DNA from: Clostridia bacterium
GTDB lineage: Bacteria > Bacillota > Clostridia > Christensenellales > UBA1242
Length of the DNA stretch: 64,000 bases
NCBI GenBank assembly: GCA_017501645.1
Contig: JAFVWN010000060.1
Span: 13,048-77,047 of the forward strand
Direction: 5' to 3'
Shown: positions 46,445-57,856 of the stretch, one piece after another
Layout: the number at the start of each line of letters is the position of its first letter
How positions within the stretch are numbered: the stretch's first letter is position 1
Position numbers and translations under genes: made by a program
The notes under the pieces: generated by a model
Database searches by the model: none
Seen by the model: the letters and a program-made list of their open reading frames with translations, nothing else
What the model was told of the DNA's origin: nothing

Positions 46445-46557
46445 ATTTATTTCTCTTTGATTTTTATTTTGGTAAAAGTCAATTTCGTTACATACCAATT
46501 TTAAGTATAACATAAATAAAAAAAAGACACAATTTGTTTATGTCTTTTTTTATATAA

Positions 46558-47670
46558 TTATTTAATTTTTTCGTTATATTGCTTTTTCTTGGTGTATTGA
46601 TTTGGTTTTATATCCTCATTAAGTTTTTCAATAAGGAGTTTTTGGGCTCTATCTAATGATTTTGGAAGTTCTACAATAACAGTTACAATTAAGTCTCCAT
46701 AACCATTTTGATTAAGTTTCTTTGTTCCCTTTCCTTTAACAGTTATTTTATCACCTGTTTGAGTAAACTCAGGAATCGTTACAGATATTATTTCATCAAT
46801 TCCACCAACATCAATTTTGGTTCCAAGAATGCTTTCTGTGAATGTGATAGGAACTTCAGCATATACATTATAACCGTCTCTTGTTAAAGTCTTATGCTTT
46901 GACACAGATATTACTACTAGCATATCACCAGCATCTCCGCCATTAATACCGGCCTCACCTTGACCTCTTAATGTAAGTATTTGTCCATTGTCTACACCGC
47001 CAGGGACATTAAGTTCAATGTTTCTATTCTTTCTCACAACACCAGAACCTGAACATTCTGTACATTTATCAGTAATGATTGTTCCTTTACCTTGGCATTC
47101 TGGGCAAGTTGTTTGTATTGCTGTTTGTCCAAAGATTGTATTTTGAACTTGTTGAACTACACCAGAGCCTTGGCATCTTGAACAAGTTTTAGGACTAGTA
47201 CCAGGTTTTGCTCCAGAGCCATTACATTTTTCACACTTTTCACTTCTCGTGAGGTTGATGTTTTTCTTTGCTCCAAATGATGCTTCAACAAAAGAAAGGT
47301 TAAGTTTAACTTGAATGTCAGCACCATCTTGAGCCATACTTCTTCGGTTTCTGTTTCCGCCAAAGAATCCGCCTCCAAACATATTACTAAATATGTCTTC
47401 AAATCCGCCAAAACCTCCAAAACCACCACCTGCACCACCAAAGTTTTGAGCACCGTTTGGGTCGCCAAAGTTATCATAGTTTGAACGCTTTGTTTTATCA
47501 CTTAAAACTTCATAAGCTTCATTTACTTCTTTTAGTTTTTCGGCTGCTTCTGGGCTGTTTTGATTGAGGTCTGGGTGATATTTCTTAGCAAGAGAACGGT
47601 AGGCTTTTTTTATTTCGTCATCAGTTGCAGACTTGTTTACACCTAGAATTTCATAATAATTTTTCGACAT
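46558..47670 (-). CDS. dnaJ: molecular chaperone DnaJ
   Basis: J domain with HPD, a G/F-rich region and four CxxCxGxG zinc-finger repeats. Confidence 0.96.
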   Translation of the reverse strand: MSKNYYEILGVNKSATDDEIKKAYRSLAKKYHPDLNQNSPEAAEKLKEVNEAYEVLSDKTKRSNYDNFGDPNGAQNFGGAGGGFGGFGGFEDIFSNMFGGGFFGGNRNRRSMAQDGADIQVKLNLSFVEASFGAKKNINLTRSEKCEKCNGSGAKPGTSPKTCSRCQGSGVVQQVQNTIFGQTAIQTTCPECQGKGTIITDKCTECSGSGVVRKNRNIELNVPGGVDNGQILTLRGQGEAGINGGDAGDMLVVISVSKHKTLTRDGYNVYAEVPITFTESILGTKIDVGGIDEIISVTIPEFTQTGDKITVKGKGTKKLNQNGYGDLIVTVIVELPKSLDRAQKLLIEKLNEDIKPNQYTKKKQYNEKIK

Positions 47671-47888
47671 TTTTATCTCTCTTTATTAATTGAAACTCGC
47701 AAACAAAAAATGTTTGCGAGCTAAAATTAAATATGGTTTTTGTTAAATATATGATTAAAATATAATATTTATTAAAATACATTTGCGGTTTTTTGGTTAA
47801 AAATTATATTATTATAAAACAAAAATGTAATAAAACCGCAAAATAAATTATTTTTTATACAAATTTATGTAAAATATTTTAATTTGGT

Positions 47889-49712
<1,824 letters not shown>

Positions 49713-49742
49713 TTACCTCTTATTTATTTTATGTTTTTATTT

Positions 49743-50582
49743 TTAGTCATAAAGATATATTTCAACCATACTATGACGGATTACCTTACCACTATTTGCC
49801 ATTTTGTATCCTTTTTGGTAAACAGTTGCAATTGTGTTTGCTTTGCTGGCATCTTTTGTTTTCTTTTTGCCAACAGCATTATGAAGTTCTGGGTCAAATT
49901 CCCTGCCTAAAGCATCAATTTCTTCAATGCCGAGAGCCTTTACAGCATTTTTAAGCATTCCTTCAATCATTTCAAAGCCTTTCATAATCTTAGGGTCTCC
50001 AGAAACTTTAAGTGCTTGCTCAAAGTTGTCAAGAACAGGGATAAGTTCATCAGAGATATCAGCAATAATACTTACTTTGATATTTTCTTGTTCCTCTTTT
50101 GTTCTTTCCTTAAATCTTTCAAGGTCTTTTTTATAGGTTACTGCAAGCCTTTCATTTGATTCAGCAACTTTTTTTGTTTCTTCAAGTTCTTTGTCAGCTT
50201 TAATAAGTGCATTTTCTAACTGTCTAAATGCTGTTTCATATTGCTTAAAGATGTCTTCTGCACTAAGTTTTTCGCCACAATGGCAGTCATCACCGCAAGT
50301 GCATTCATCGCCCTCTTGACAACCACAATCGTGTTCGTGGCAACCGCAGTCGCAGTGTTCACCACAAGTGCATTCACCGCCGTCTTGACAACCACAATCG
50401 TGATCGTGGCAACCGCAGTCACAATGTTCACCGCAAGTGCATTCATCGCCGTCTTGACAATTGCAATCGTGATCGTGACATCCACAGTTGCAGTGTTCTT
50501 CGTGACAGGTGCATTCTTTGCCTTCTTGGCAACCACAAGTACAATTTTCGTCACAGTCACAAGTCTTTTTTTCGTTAATCAT
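49743..50582 (-). CDS. grpE: nucleotide exchange factor GrpE with Cys/His-rich repeat N-terminal extension
   Basis: The C-terminal 170 aa are GrpE-like (..RFKER.., VLDNFE.AL, DPELHNAV, GY....KVIRHSMV). The first ~105 aa are Cys/His repeats. Confidence 0.9.
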   Translation of the reverse strand: MINEKKTCDCDENCTCGCQEGKECTCHEEHCNCGCHDHDCNCQDGDECTCGEHCDCGCHDHDCGCQDGGECTCGEHCDCGCHEHDCGCQEGDECTCGDDCHCGEKLSAEDIFKQYETAFRQLENALIKADKELEETKKVAESNERLAVTYKKDLERFKERTKEEQENIKVSIIADISDELIPVLDNFEQALKVSGDPKIMKGFEMIEGMLKNAVKALGIEEIDALGREFDPELHNAVGKKKTKDASKANTIATVYQKGYKMANSGKVIRHSMVEIYLYD

Positions 50583-51618
50583 CCTTTATCTCCTTTTTAT
50601 CAAATATATTTTCTTCCAATAATTGGGTTACATTTTTAAGTATTGACACAACCTTGCCATAGTCCATTCTTACAGGTCCAACAACGCTAGCAGTTCCAAT
50701 AGGTTTGCCTTTTGATTTATAAGATGCAGTAACTATTGAGCAGTCGGTTATGCCTAAATTCTCATCTCCGCCTACTCTTACGCTAATTTCAAGGTCTCCG
50801 TTATCACTTGTAAGCAATGGAAACAAAACATCTTTTTTGTCAAGCAAGGAGATTGTTTTTTTGAGTTTGCTAATATCGTGGTATTCAGGATAATTAAGAA
50901 GATTATCCTTTCCAGAAACCGCCATAGATTTATCAAAATCATTGTCTCTTTCAGTGATAATATGAATAATCGCATCAAATATGTCTTTATATCTAATAAT
51001 CTCTGCAGTTAACAGATTGCTATTATCTTGAATCTCTTCGAGTCTTCTTCCTTTAAACACATTTGTTAGAATTTTACTGGCTTGTCGCAAATCTTCTTCA
51101 GTTGCGTCAATAGCCTTGGTTTCTTGTTTGATTATTCCAAGATCTGTTACAACCACAACAAGAGTATTGGTTTGAGTGAGTTTAATTAGTAAAATATTAT
51201 CAACAATTGCAGAGTTGCCTATTCCGTAATAAACCACAGAAGCGTAATTAGTTGCATCACTTATTGTTTTTGCTGTTTTTTGGAGAATATTATCAAGAGT
51301 GATTAATTTTTCATCAAAAGAATCTTTAATTGTATCAGCTTCTTTTTTTGAAAGTTTTTTCACTGTCATAAGCTCTTCAACATACTTTTTGTAACCTTCA
51401 GCGGTTGGGACTCTTCCCGCAGAAGTGTGTGGTTGAGACAAAAATCCCATTTCTTCAAGAGCCATAAGTTCGTTACGAATGGTTGCAGGAGAAATTTCTT
51501 TCATATATTTCTCTTGAACATCCTTACTACTTACTGGTTCGGCAGTTCTAATACTTTCATCAACAACAGCGCTTAATATTTTCTTTTTTCTTTCGCTTAA
51601 GTTCACGATTTGTCCCAC
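50575..51618 (-). CDS. hrcA: heat-inducible transcription repressor HrcA
   Basis: ERKKKIL..V..Y..T.EPVSS, IRNEM..LE..G winged helix. Overlaps the grpE start by 8 nt. Confidence 0.93.
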   Translation of the reverse strand: MGQIVNLSERKKKILSAVVDESIRTAEPVSSKDVQEKYMKEISPATIRNELMALEEMGFLSQPHTSAGRVPTAEGYKKYVEELMTVKKLSKKEADTIKDSFDEKLITLDNILQKTAKTISDATNYASVVYYGIGNSAIVDNILLIKLTQTNTLVVVVTDLGIIKQETKAIDATEEDLRQASKILTNVFKGRRLEEIQDNSNLLTAEIIRYKDIFDAIIHIITERDNDFDKSMAVSGKDNLLNYPEYHDISKLKKTISLLDKKDVLFPLLTSDNGDLEISVRVGGDENLGITDCSIVTASYKSKGKPIGTASVVGPVRMDYGKVVSILKNVTQLLEENIFDKKEIKDD

Positions 51619-51663
51619 CTCCCTTTTATATTATGACCTATTAGCAATTTTTTATTCATTTTG

Positions 51664-51690
51664 TTAGCAGTCTTTTGTTTTGAGTGCTAA
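51664..51690. promoter_or_regulatory. CIRCE operator (HrcA binding site)
   Basis: TTAGCAGTC-N9-GAGTGCTAA, compared with consensus TTAGCACTC-N9-GAGTGCTAA. Confidence 0.9.
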
Positions 51691-51698
51691 CAGAAGTT

Positions 51699-51727
51699 AA
51701 TATATCACTGCTAAATCTAAAAGTCAA
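51699..51727 (-). promoter_or_regulatory. hrcA-grpE-dnaK-dnaJ operon promoter
   Basis: Minus strand TTGACT (51722-51727), 17 nt, TATATT (51699-51704), immediately upstream of CIRCE. Confidence 0.7.
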
Positions 51728-51844
51728 CTGATTTATGACATTTTTTTGACTTTTTTTGACCTTTATTGTTTTTATAGAAAAAAACTAGATACTCTTTATT
51801 TTTGAGTATAAATATGATATAATTATTATATATGGAGGTGCAAT

Positions 51845-52543
51845 ATGAAAGTTATTGTGTTTACTCGTAAAGATAGTGCTTGTGGAGTTGCTTGTGCAGT
51901 AATAGCAAAGCAAGCTTTCGGTGAAGATGTCAAGGTTGTTTTGGAGTCTCCTGAAAATATTGATTCTACATTTATTGATGTATTTAATATTCAAACATAT
52001 TATGATACAGATGATGAAAAGGATGTTTATGATGTATATAATAGTGATGAATTGTATAGTCAAGACAGAATTTTTGTTGTTGATTTATTTTTGAAAGAAG
52101 ATTTGCTTCATAGGATTGGTAGAAATCCTGTAGTAAATAGAAAATTTGCAATATATGATTGTCATAGTGATGCAATAAAAAATGGTGTTGGACACTACCT
52201 CTTTAATGATGTTAGAAGAAAAGACAGATTAGATAGATTAACTTCAAGTGCTAATATTTTTTATGAAAATTTAGTAAAGAAGGGATTGCTTACAGAAAAT
52301 ACAAAACTTAATGAATTGGTTGAAATTGTAAGAACTTATGAAACAGGAGATGCGACAAGTCCCCTACTCCAAGAAAAAGCAAGAGATTTTGAAGCTTTGT
52401 ATTCTGCTGTTGGAGATAAAGAGTTTTTTAAAATTTTGCAAGATAAAGTTTCAACTGAGCAAAATTCAAAGATTGAGTTTTCTGCAAAAGAAAAAGCGTT
52501 AATAGAAAAACATAAGAACTCCCAAGAGCCTAATGAAGAATAA
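51845..52543 (+). CDS. hypothetical protein, distantly NrnB/DHH-phosphoesterase-like N-terminus
   Basis: 232 aa, RBS GGAGGTG. The N-terminus CGVACAVIAKQAFGEDVKV resembles NrnB (DGVGCGIVAKLAFGKDVEI). DCHSD occupies the DHH position. Confidence 0.35.
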   Translation: MKVIVFTRKDSACGVACAVIAKQAFGEDVKVVLESPENIDSTFIDVFNIQTYYDTDDEKDVYDVYNSDELYSQDRIFVVDLFLKEDLLHRIGRNPVVNRKFAIYDCHSDAIKNGVGHYLFNDVRRKDRLDRLTSSANIFYENLVKKGLLTENTKLNELVEIVRTYETGDATSPLLQEKARDFEALYSAVGDKEFFKILQDKVSTEQNSKIEFSAKEKALIEKHKNSQEPNEE

Positions 52544-52677
52544 TTTAATTTCCTTTTCTAAAAAGGTATTATATTGATTAATATTATATAGATAATGTGT
52601 TATATATTAATAAATTAAACAGCTTTAACATACTAGTATAAAAAAAGCACTGAAATTTTCAGTGCTTTTATATTTTA

Positions 52678-53826
52678 TTAAGAACAAAGGTCTAGAATTA
52701 TTTTATTTAAAACCATAAAACCTTTTGATGTACATTTGACATTGCCTTCTTTATCTAGAACTAAAAGTCCAAGTTTTACAAACTCAGCAAGTTGTTTACT
52801 GTGAGTTGCTAGGAAGTTTTCGCCAAATTCTTTTTCGTATTCTTTTGAATTTAGGCCAGTGGCGGTTCTTAGCTCCAGCATTATAAATTCTTCTTTCTTT
52901 TCTTCTTTAGTAAGTTCCTTTGCGACAGCAACAGGTGGTTTTTGTTTATATGTTAAACAGTTGTTGTATTGAGTAGTGTCTTCAACATTAGAAAATCTTA
53001 CCCCAGCAACATAAGAGTGCGCTGCCACACCAAAACCAAGATAGTCTCCTCTATTCCAGTAAACTAAATTATGTTTGCACATAAAACCAGGTTTTGCAAA
53101 GTTTGAAATTTCGTATCTAGAATATCCAGCTTTAACTAAAGAGTCTAGAACAGTTTGATACATTTTTAATACTTGGCTTTCTTTAGGTAAATATTTTACA
53201 CCCTTATCAACCATAAGTTGTAAAGGTGTACCATCTTCAACTGAAAGCATATAAGAAGATACATGTGGAATGTTAAGTGAAATTATATGATTAATAGTGT
53301 CTTGAACGGCTTTTAATGTTTGGCTTGGGTATCCAAGCATTATATCTGCATTAATATTGCTTATCCCATGTTGTCGAATAAGAGATATTGTTTGGTCGAA
53401 ATCTGCAAGAGAGTGTGTTCTTCCCATATTTGTTAGAACTTTTGAGTCTGCACATTGTAGGCCTATACTAAAGCGATTAACGCCACTGATTATATACTCT
53501 CTTATTTTTTCTACTGTGATTGAGTTTGGGTTAAGTTCAATTGTTATTTCAGCACTATTTTTAACTGTGAAGTATCTATATATTGTCTGCAAAACATCTT
53601 TGATTGCTCCAAGAGGCAAACTTGATGGAGTTCCGCCACCAATGTAAATTGTATTGATTGCGTAGAACTTATTGTATTCTTTTGCTCTTAGTATTATTTC
53701 CTTTTTCATATCTTCAATGTACTGAAGTTTTTCGGGTTCATTTGCGACATGGGAAACGAAACTACAGTAGTTACACTTGCTATTGCAAAAAGGGATATGA
53801 ATATAAATACTTAAGTCTTTTTTCAT
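52678..53826 (-). CDS. hemW: radical SAM heme chaperone HemW (oxygen-independent coproporphyrinogen oxidase-like)
   Basis: HIPFCNSKCNYCSF radical SAM motif. Downstream of lepA, as in Bacillus. Confidence 0.9.
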   Translation of the reverse strand: MKKDLSIYIHIPFCNSKCNYCSFVSHVANEPEKLQYIEDMKKEIILRAKEYNKFYAINTIYIGGGTPSSLPLGAIKDVLQTIYRYFTVKNSAEITIELNPNSITVEKIREYIISGVNRFSIGLQCADSKVLTNMGRTHSLADFDQTISLIRQHGISNINADIMLGYPSQTLKAVQDTINHIISLNIPHVSSYMLSVEDGTPLQLMVDKGVKYLPKESQVLKMYQTVLDSLVKAGYSRYEISNFAKPGFMCKHNLVYWNRGDYLGFGVAAHSYVAGVRFSNVEDTTQYNNCLTYKQKPPVAVAKELTKEEKKEEFIMLELRTATGLNSKEYEKEFGENFLATHSKQLAEFVKLGLLVLDKEGNVKCTSKGFMVLNKIILDLCS

Positions 53827-53899
53827 TATATTTGCTCCTTTTGTTGAGTTTTGATGTCTTTTTTACATTTTAATAATCAACTTTTGCGTTTTTTACAGA

Positions 53900-55696
53900 T
53901 TAATCTATTTTTAATATGCTCATAAAAGCTTCACTTGGAAGCTCGACAGAACCAAGTTTTCTCATCCTCTTTTTACCTTCTTTTTGTTTTTCAAGAAGTT
54001 TTCTTTTTCTTGAAATGTCACCGCCGTAACACTTAGCAATAACATCTTTTCGTAAAGCCCTTACAGTTTCTCTTGCAATAACTTTGTTGCCAATGCAGGC
54101 TTGAATAGGGATTTCAAATAGTTGTCTTGGAACAACCTCTTTAAGTTTTTCAGCAATTCCTCTTCCTCTTTCATATGCTTTATCTTTGTGGACTATTAGG
54201 CTTAGTGCATCACAGACCTCACCATTAAGTTGAATGTCTAGCTTAACCATACTTGATTCTTTATATCCGTTTTGTTCATAGTCTAAACTTGCATAGCCGT
54301 GTGACACACTTTTAAGTTTATCAAAGAAGTCATACACTACTTCAGCAAGTGGGAGTTCGTAAGTAATCTTAACTCTTCTTTCTTCAAGATATTCAAGGTT
54401 TTCAAAGATGCCTCTTTTGTTTGTACATAAATCCATTATAGCACCAGAGTACTCAGGTGGAGTGAACAAATGGGCTTTAAGCATAGGTTCTTCGATTTTT
54501 GCAATTTCTTGAACATTTGGAAGGTTACTAGGGTTTGAAATTTCAAGCACATCCCCATTAGTTTTATATACTTTATAAGATACACTTGGGGCTGTTGTTA
54601 TAAGGTCTAATCCAAATTCTCTTTCCAATCTCTCACTTATTATATCCATATGAAGTAGTCCTAAGAATCCACATCTAAAGCCATATCCAAGTGCTGTAGA
54701 TGTTTCAGGTGAATAAATAAGTGAAGAATCGGATAATTTTAGTTTTTCAAGAGCGTCTTTAAGAAGATTATACTTATCTCCGTCTATAGGAAAAATACCG
54801 CTATAAACAACAGGCATTACTTGTTTATATCCAGGAAGAACTGTATTTTCTCTTCCCACTTCTGTTATTGTATCACCAACTCTAATGTCGCTTACGGTTT
54901 TAATGCTGGCAGATATATATCCAACATCACCTGCTTCAAGAGTGTCTTTTTCTGTTGTTTTTGGGGTAAATATACCAACTTCAACAACATCAAAAGTCTT
55001 TCCTGTTTGCATCATTTTGATTTTTGTTCCAGCTTTTACACTTCCGTTCATAATACGAACTAAACAAATAGCACCTTTATAATTATCATAATAACTATCA
55101 AAAATAAGAGCTTGAAGAGGAGCTTCGCTATCACCTTTTGGTGCAGGAATTTTGTCTACAATAACATCAAGAACATCTTTAATGTTTAGTCCTGATTTTG
55201 CAGAAACCATTGGTGCATAGCTTGTATCAAGACCAATAATTTCTTCAATCTCAGTTTTAACCTCTTCAGGTCTAGCACTTGGAAGATCTATTTTATTAAG
55301 TACAGGAAAAATAAACAGGTCGTTTTCTAAAGCGAGATACACATTTGCAAGTGTTTGAGCTTCAACACCTTGGCTTGCGTCAACAACCAATACCGCTCCT
55401 TCACAAGCAGCTAGCGATCTACTTACTTCGTATGTAAAGTCAACATGTCCCGGCGTATCTATTAAGTTTAAGATATATTCTTTTCCATCTTTGGTGTATT
55501 TCATTGTTACGGGTGTGAGTTTGATAGTTATGCCTCTTTCTCTTTCAAGTTCCATAGAGTCAAGAAGTTGGTCTTGGGCGTCTCTTGCAGAGACAGTTCC
55601 TGTAACTTCCATAAGTCTATCAGCTAAAGTGCTTTTTCCGTGGTCGATATGAGCAATGATGGAAAAATTTCTTATATTGTCTAAGTTTTTCTTCAT
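53900..55696 (-). CDS. lepA: translation elongation factor 4 (LepA)
   Basis: [28 protein letters not shown], and the LepA-specific C-terminal domain. Confidence 0.96.
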   Translation of the reverse strand: MKKNLDNIRNFSIIAHIDHGKSTLADRLMEVTGTVSARDAQDQLLDSMELERERGITIKLTPVTMKYTKDGKEYILNLIDTPGHVDFTYEVSRSLAACEGAVLVVDASQGVEAQTLANVYLALENDLFIFPVLNKIDLPSARPEEVKTEIEEIIGLDTSYAPMVSAKSGLNIKDVLDVIVDKIPAPKGDSEAPLQALIFDSYYDNYKGAICLVRIMNGSVKAGTKIKMMQTGKTFDVVEVGIFTPKTTEKDTLEAGDVGYISASIKTVSDIRVGDTITEVGRENTVLPGYKQVMPVVYSGIFPIDGDKYNLLKDALEKLKLSDSSLIYSPETSTALGYGFRCGFLGLLHMDIISERLEREFGLDLITTAPSVSYKVYKTNGDVLEISNPSNLPNVQEIAKIEEPMLKAHLFTPPEYSGAIMDLCTNKRGIFENLEYLEERRVKITYELPLAEVVYDFFDKLKSVSHGYASLDYEQNGYKESSMVKLDIQLNGEVCDALSLIVHKDKAYERGRGIAEKLKEVVPRQLFEIPIQACIGNKVIARETVRALRKDVIAKCYGGDISRKRKLLEKQKEGKKRMRKLGSVELPSEAFMSILKID

Positions 55697-55977
55697 AAAT
55701 TTTTGCTAATTCCTTTTATTTTGTACGCTTTTATATAACATATAAAGTGTACAACAAAAGACTGTTTTTTGCAATCAAAAACATAATTTTTGTGCAGTAT
55801 AAAGATAAATAATCGGGATAAATTGTTGATTTTAAAAAGTTTCACAGTGTTTATCAGTAAAAAAACACTATTTTTTGAATAATTTTTATCATTTTTATTA
55901 AAAAATGTTCTAAAATACTAGTCTTTTTAGTTATAATGTAATATAATGTACTTATATAAATATAAGAGGTTTTGACT

Positions 55978-56712
55978 ATGAACATATTTGATTCGTGGAT
56001 TTGTACAAAATATATAGCTCATAGAGGCTTACATGATGATAATTTACCAGAGAACTCTATTGGTGCTTTTAAACAAGCAATTGAAAAAGGTTATGCTATA
56101 GAATTTGATGTAAGACCATTGGCTGATGGAACTATAGTTGTTTTTCATGACGAGGCTTTAGGAAGAATGACTGGCGCAGATGGTTTTATTTCTAACTATA
56201 CATATGATGATATTAAGGACTTAAAACTTTTAAAAACTAACGAACATATCCCTACTCTTGAACAGGCTTTAAAGGTTATTGCAGGTCAAACTCCTATCCT
56301 TATTGAAATTAAAAATAATGGTAAAGTTGGTTTTGAAAAAAATGTGTGGAAAATTCTTTCTGCATACAAAGGTGAATATGCCGTTCAATCTTTCAATCCA
56401 TACAGTTTAGAGTGGTTTAAAATCAATGCTCCTCATGTAAAAAGAGGTCAATTAGCATCATTCTTCAAAGGAAATGACTCAATAGGTTTTGCAAAAAAAT
56501 TCGCTCTTAAAAGAATGTTTTTAAATAAGAAAGTTAGTGAACCAAACTTTATTGCATATCAAATTGAAAATCTTCCAAATAGATATGTGAAAAAATATAG
56601 CGATATTCCTCTTCTAGCTTGGTGCGTAAGAGACGAAGAATCTTTTGTAAAAGCAAAGAAAGTTGCAGATAATGTAATATTTGAATCAATTATTCCTGAA
56701 GAAGTAAAATAA
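55978..56712 (+). CDS. glycerophosphodiester phosphodiesterase family protein
   Basis: AHRG...ENS, EFDV and HD motifs. ATG lies 8 nt after RBS AAGAGG. Confidence 0.85.
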   Translation: MNIFDSWICTKYIAHRGLHDDNLPENSIGAFKQAIEKGYAIEFDVRPLADGTIVVFHDEALGRMTGADGFISNYTYDDIKDLKLLKTNEHIPTLEQALKVIAGQTPILIEIKNNGKVGFEKNVWKILSAYKGEYAVQSFNPYSLEWFKINAPHVKRGQLASFFKGNDSIGFAKKFALKRMFLNKKVSEPNFIAYQIENLPNRYVKKYSDIPLLAWCVRDEESFVKAKKVADNVIFESIIPEEVK

Positions 56713-56932
56713 TAAAACAAGCGAAGTGGATTCCCACCTCGCTTTTATTTTAAATATGTTTTTGTTTTTAATTTATGTAATGAGTAATTCCTTATAATGT
56801 ATATTGATAAATAATTAACAAAAATTTTAATGATTTATGTTGAAATATATACAGATATAAAAAAATAAACCAAGGTCGAAACCTTGGTTTTATCTTTTGT
56901 TATTTTGCTATTTTATCTTTAGTACAGATAGA

Positions 56933-57571
56933 CTATTCAATAACAGTGATATTTTCAACTTCAACATTGAATGCTACCCAATCAGTACCCCAGTTGATTT
57001 GGTCGGCAACACTAAAGTTATAAGTGTCATCAACACAGATAACAACTGCATAGTCAGCAAATGTATCAGCAGCTAAGTCAATTGTTTGAGCATCAGTATA
57101 GTCAACAAATGTTGCAGTTTTATAATCATAAAGTTTAACATATGTGAATTTAGCTAATGCAGAAGATTCTTTGTCGTAAGAAACTTTAATTTTTGCTTGG
57201 ATACCTTGAGCAAATTTGTTAGTTACTCTAAATGGAATAACTTTGATTTTTGTAGAAATTGATTCGTCACCATAAACAATATCGTCTTCAATGTTTGAAC
57301 CGTTGAACCAAATTGCTTGCTTTCCTTCTTCTTCACTCCAAATAACTGAGCTTGCTGGTTGGAAAATGATGTCTTCTTTCAACTTCAATGTATTTCCATC
57401 AACAGAGATTAAAGAATTGTTAGTATAGTTGAATGCAAATTGGTATCTTGTTACACCAGTAGCCACAACAGGGTCAGCTAAAGTCATAAGTACACCAAAT
57501 GTAACAGCTAAGCTTGCAACGAGTGTCACAGCAGAAGTGATAAACATAGCAAGAACTCTTTTCTCTTTCAT
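56933..57571 (-). CDS. hypothetical exported / membrane-anchored protein
   Basis: 212 aa with an N-terminal hydrophobic signal/anchor (AMFITSAVTLVASLAVTFGVLM). Hairpin terminator at about 56866-56895. Confidence 0.65.
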   Translation of the reverse strand: MKEKRVLAMFITSAVTLVASLAVTFGVLMTLADPVVATGVTRYQFAFNYTNNSLISVDGNTLKLKEDIIFQPASSVIWSEEEGKQAIWFNGSNIEDDIVYGDESISTKIKVIPFRVTNKFAQGIQAKIKVSYDKESSALAKFTYVKLYDYKTATFVDYTDAQTIDLAADTFADYAVVICVDDTYNFSVADQINWGTDWVAFNVEVENITVIE

Positions 57572-57807
57572 GATAAATTCCTCCTAAATTCCAAAAACTT
57601 TTTGCTTTTGGGCTTTGGGTCTTTCCCAAATACAAGTTGATTATACACCTAATAATAAATTTTGTCAATAATATGGGCGTATAATTTTTTATATTCTTCT
57701 AAGAAAGAATAAAAATTAACATAAAAAATTAAAAAAATCTTAATTGTTTTTACAATTAATTATATTGTGACTATTTTTGTAAAATTTTGAAAAATATAAT
57801 TAATCGA

Positions 57808-57836
57808 TTGACTTTTATGCAAAAAAATACTATGAT
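57808..57836 (+). promoter_or_regulatory. candidate promoter of the mTERF-like gene
   Basis: TTGACT (57808-57813), 17 nt, TATGAT (57831-57836). Confidence 0.55.
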
Positions 57837-57856
57837 TTGATAAAGGTTGAAAAAAT

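Noticed and set aside
47671-47888. Hairpins in the dnaK-dnaJ spacer (CTCGCAAACA..TGTTTGCGAG at about 47694-47720 and the GCGGTTTT/AAAACCGC long-range pair)
   Set aside because: They are consistent with ordinary partial terminator or processing structures, which are commonly found between dnaK and dnaJ. Nothing distinguishes them further.
50216-50639. ORFs 50216-50560 (-) and 50241-50639 (+) with repetitive Thr/Ala/Val-rich translations
   Set aside because: They are alternate-frame and antisense readings of the 69-bp tandem repeat that encodes the GrpE Cys/His extension. The GrpE frame is the one continuous with a conserved domain, an RBS and operon coupling.
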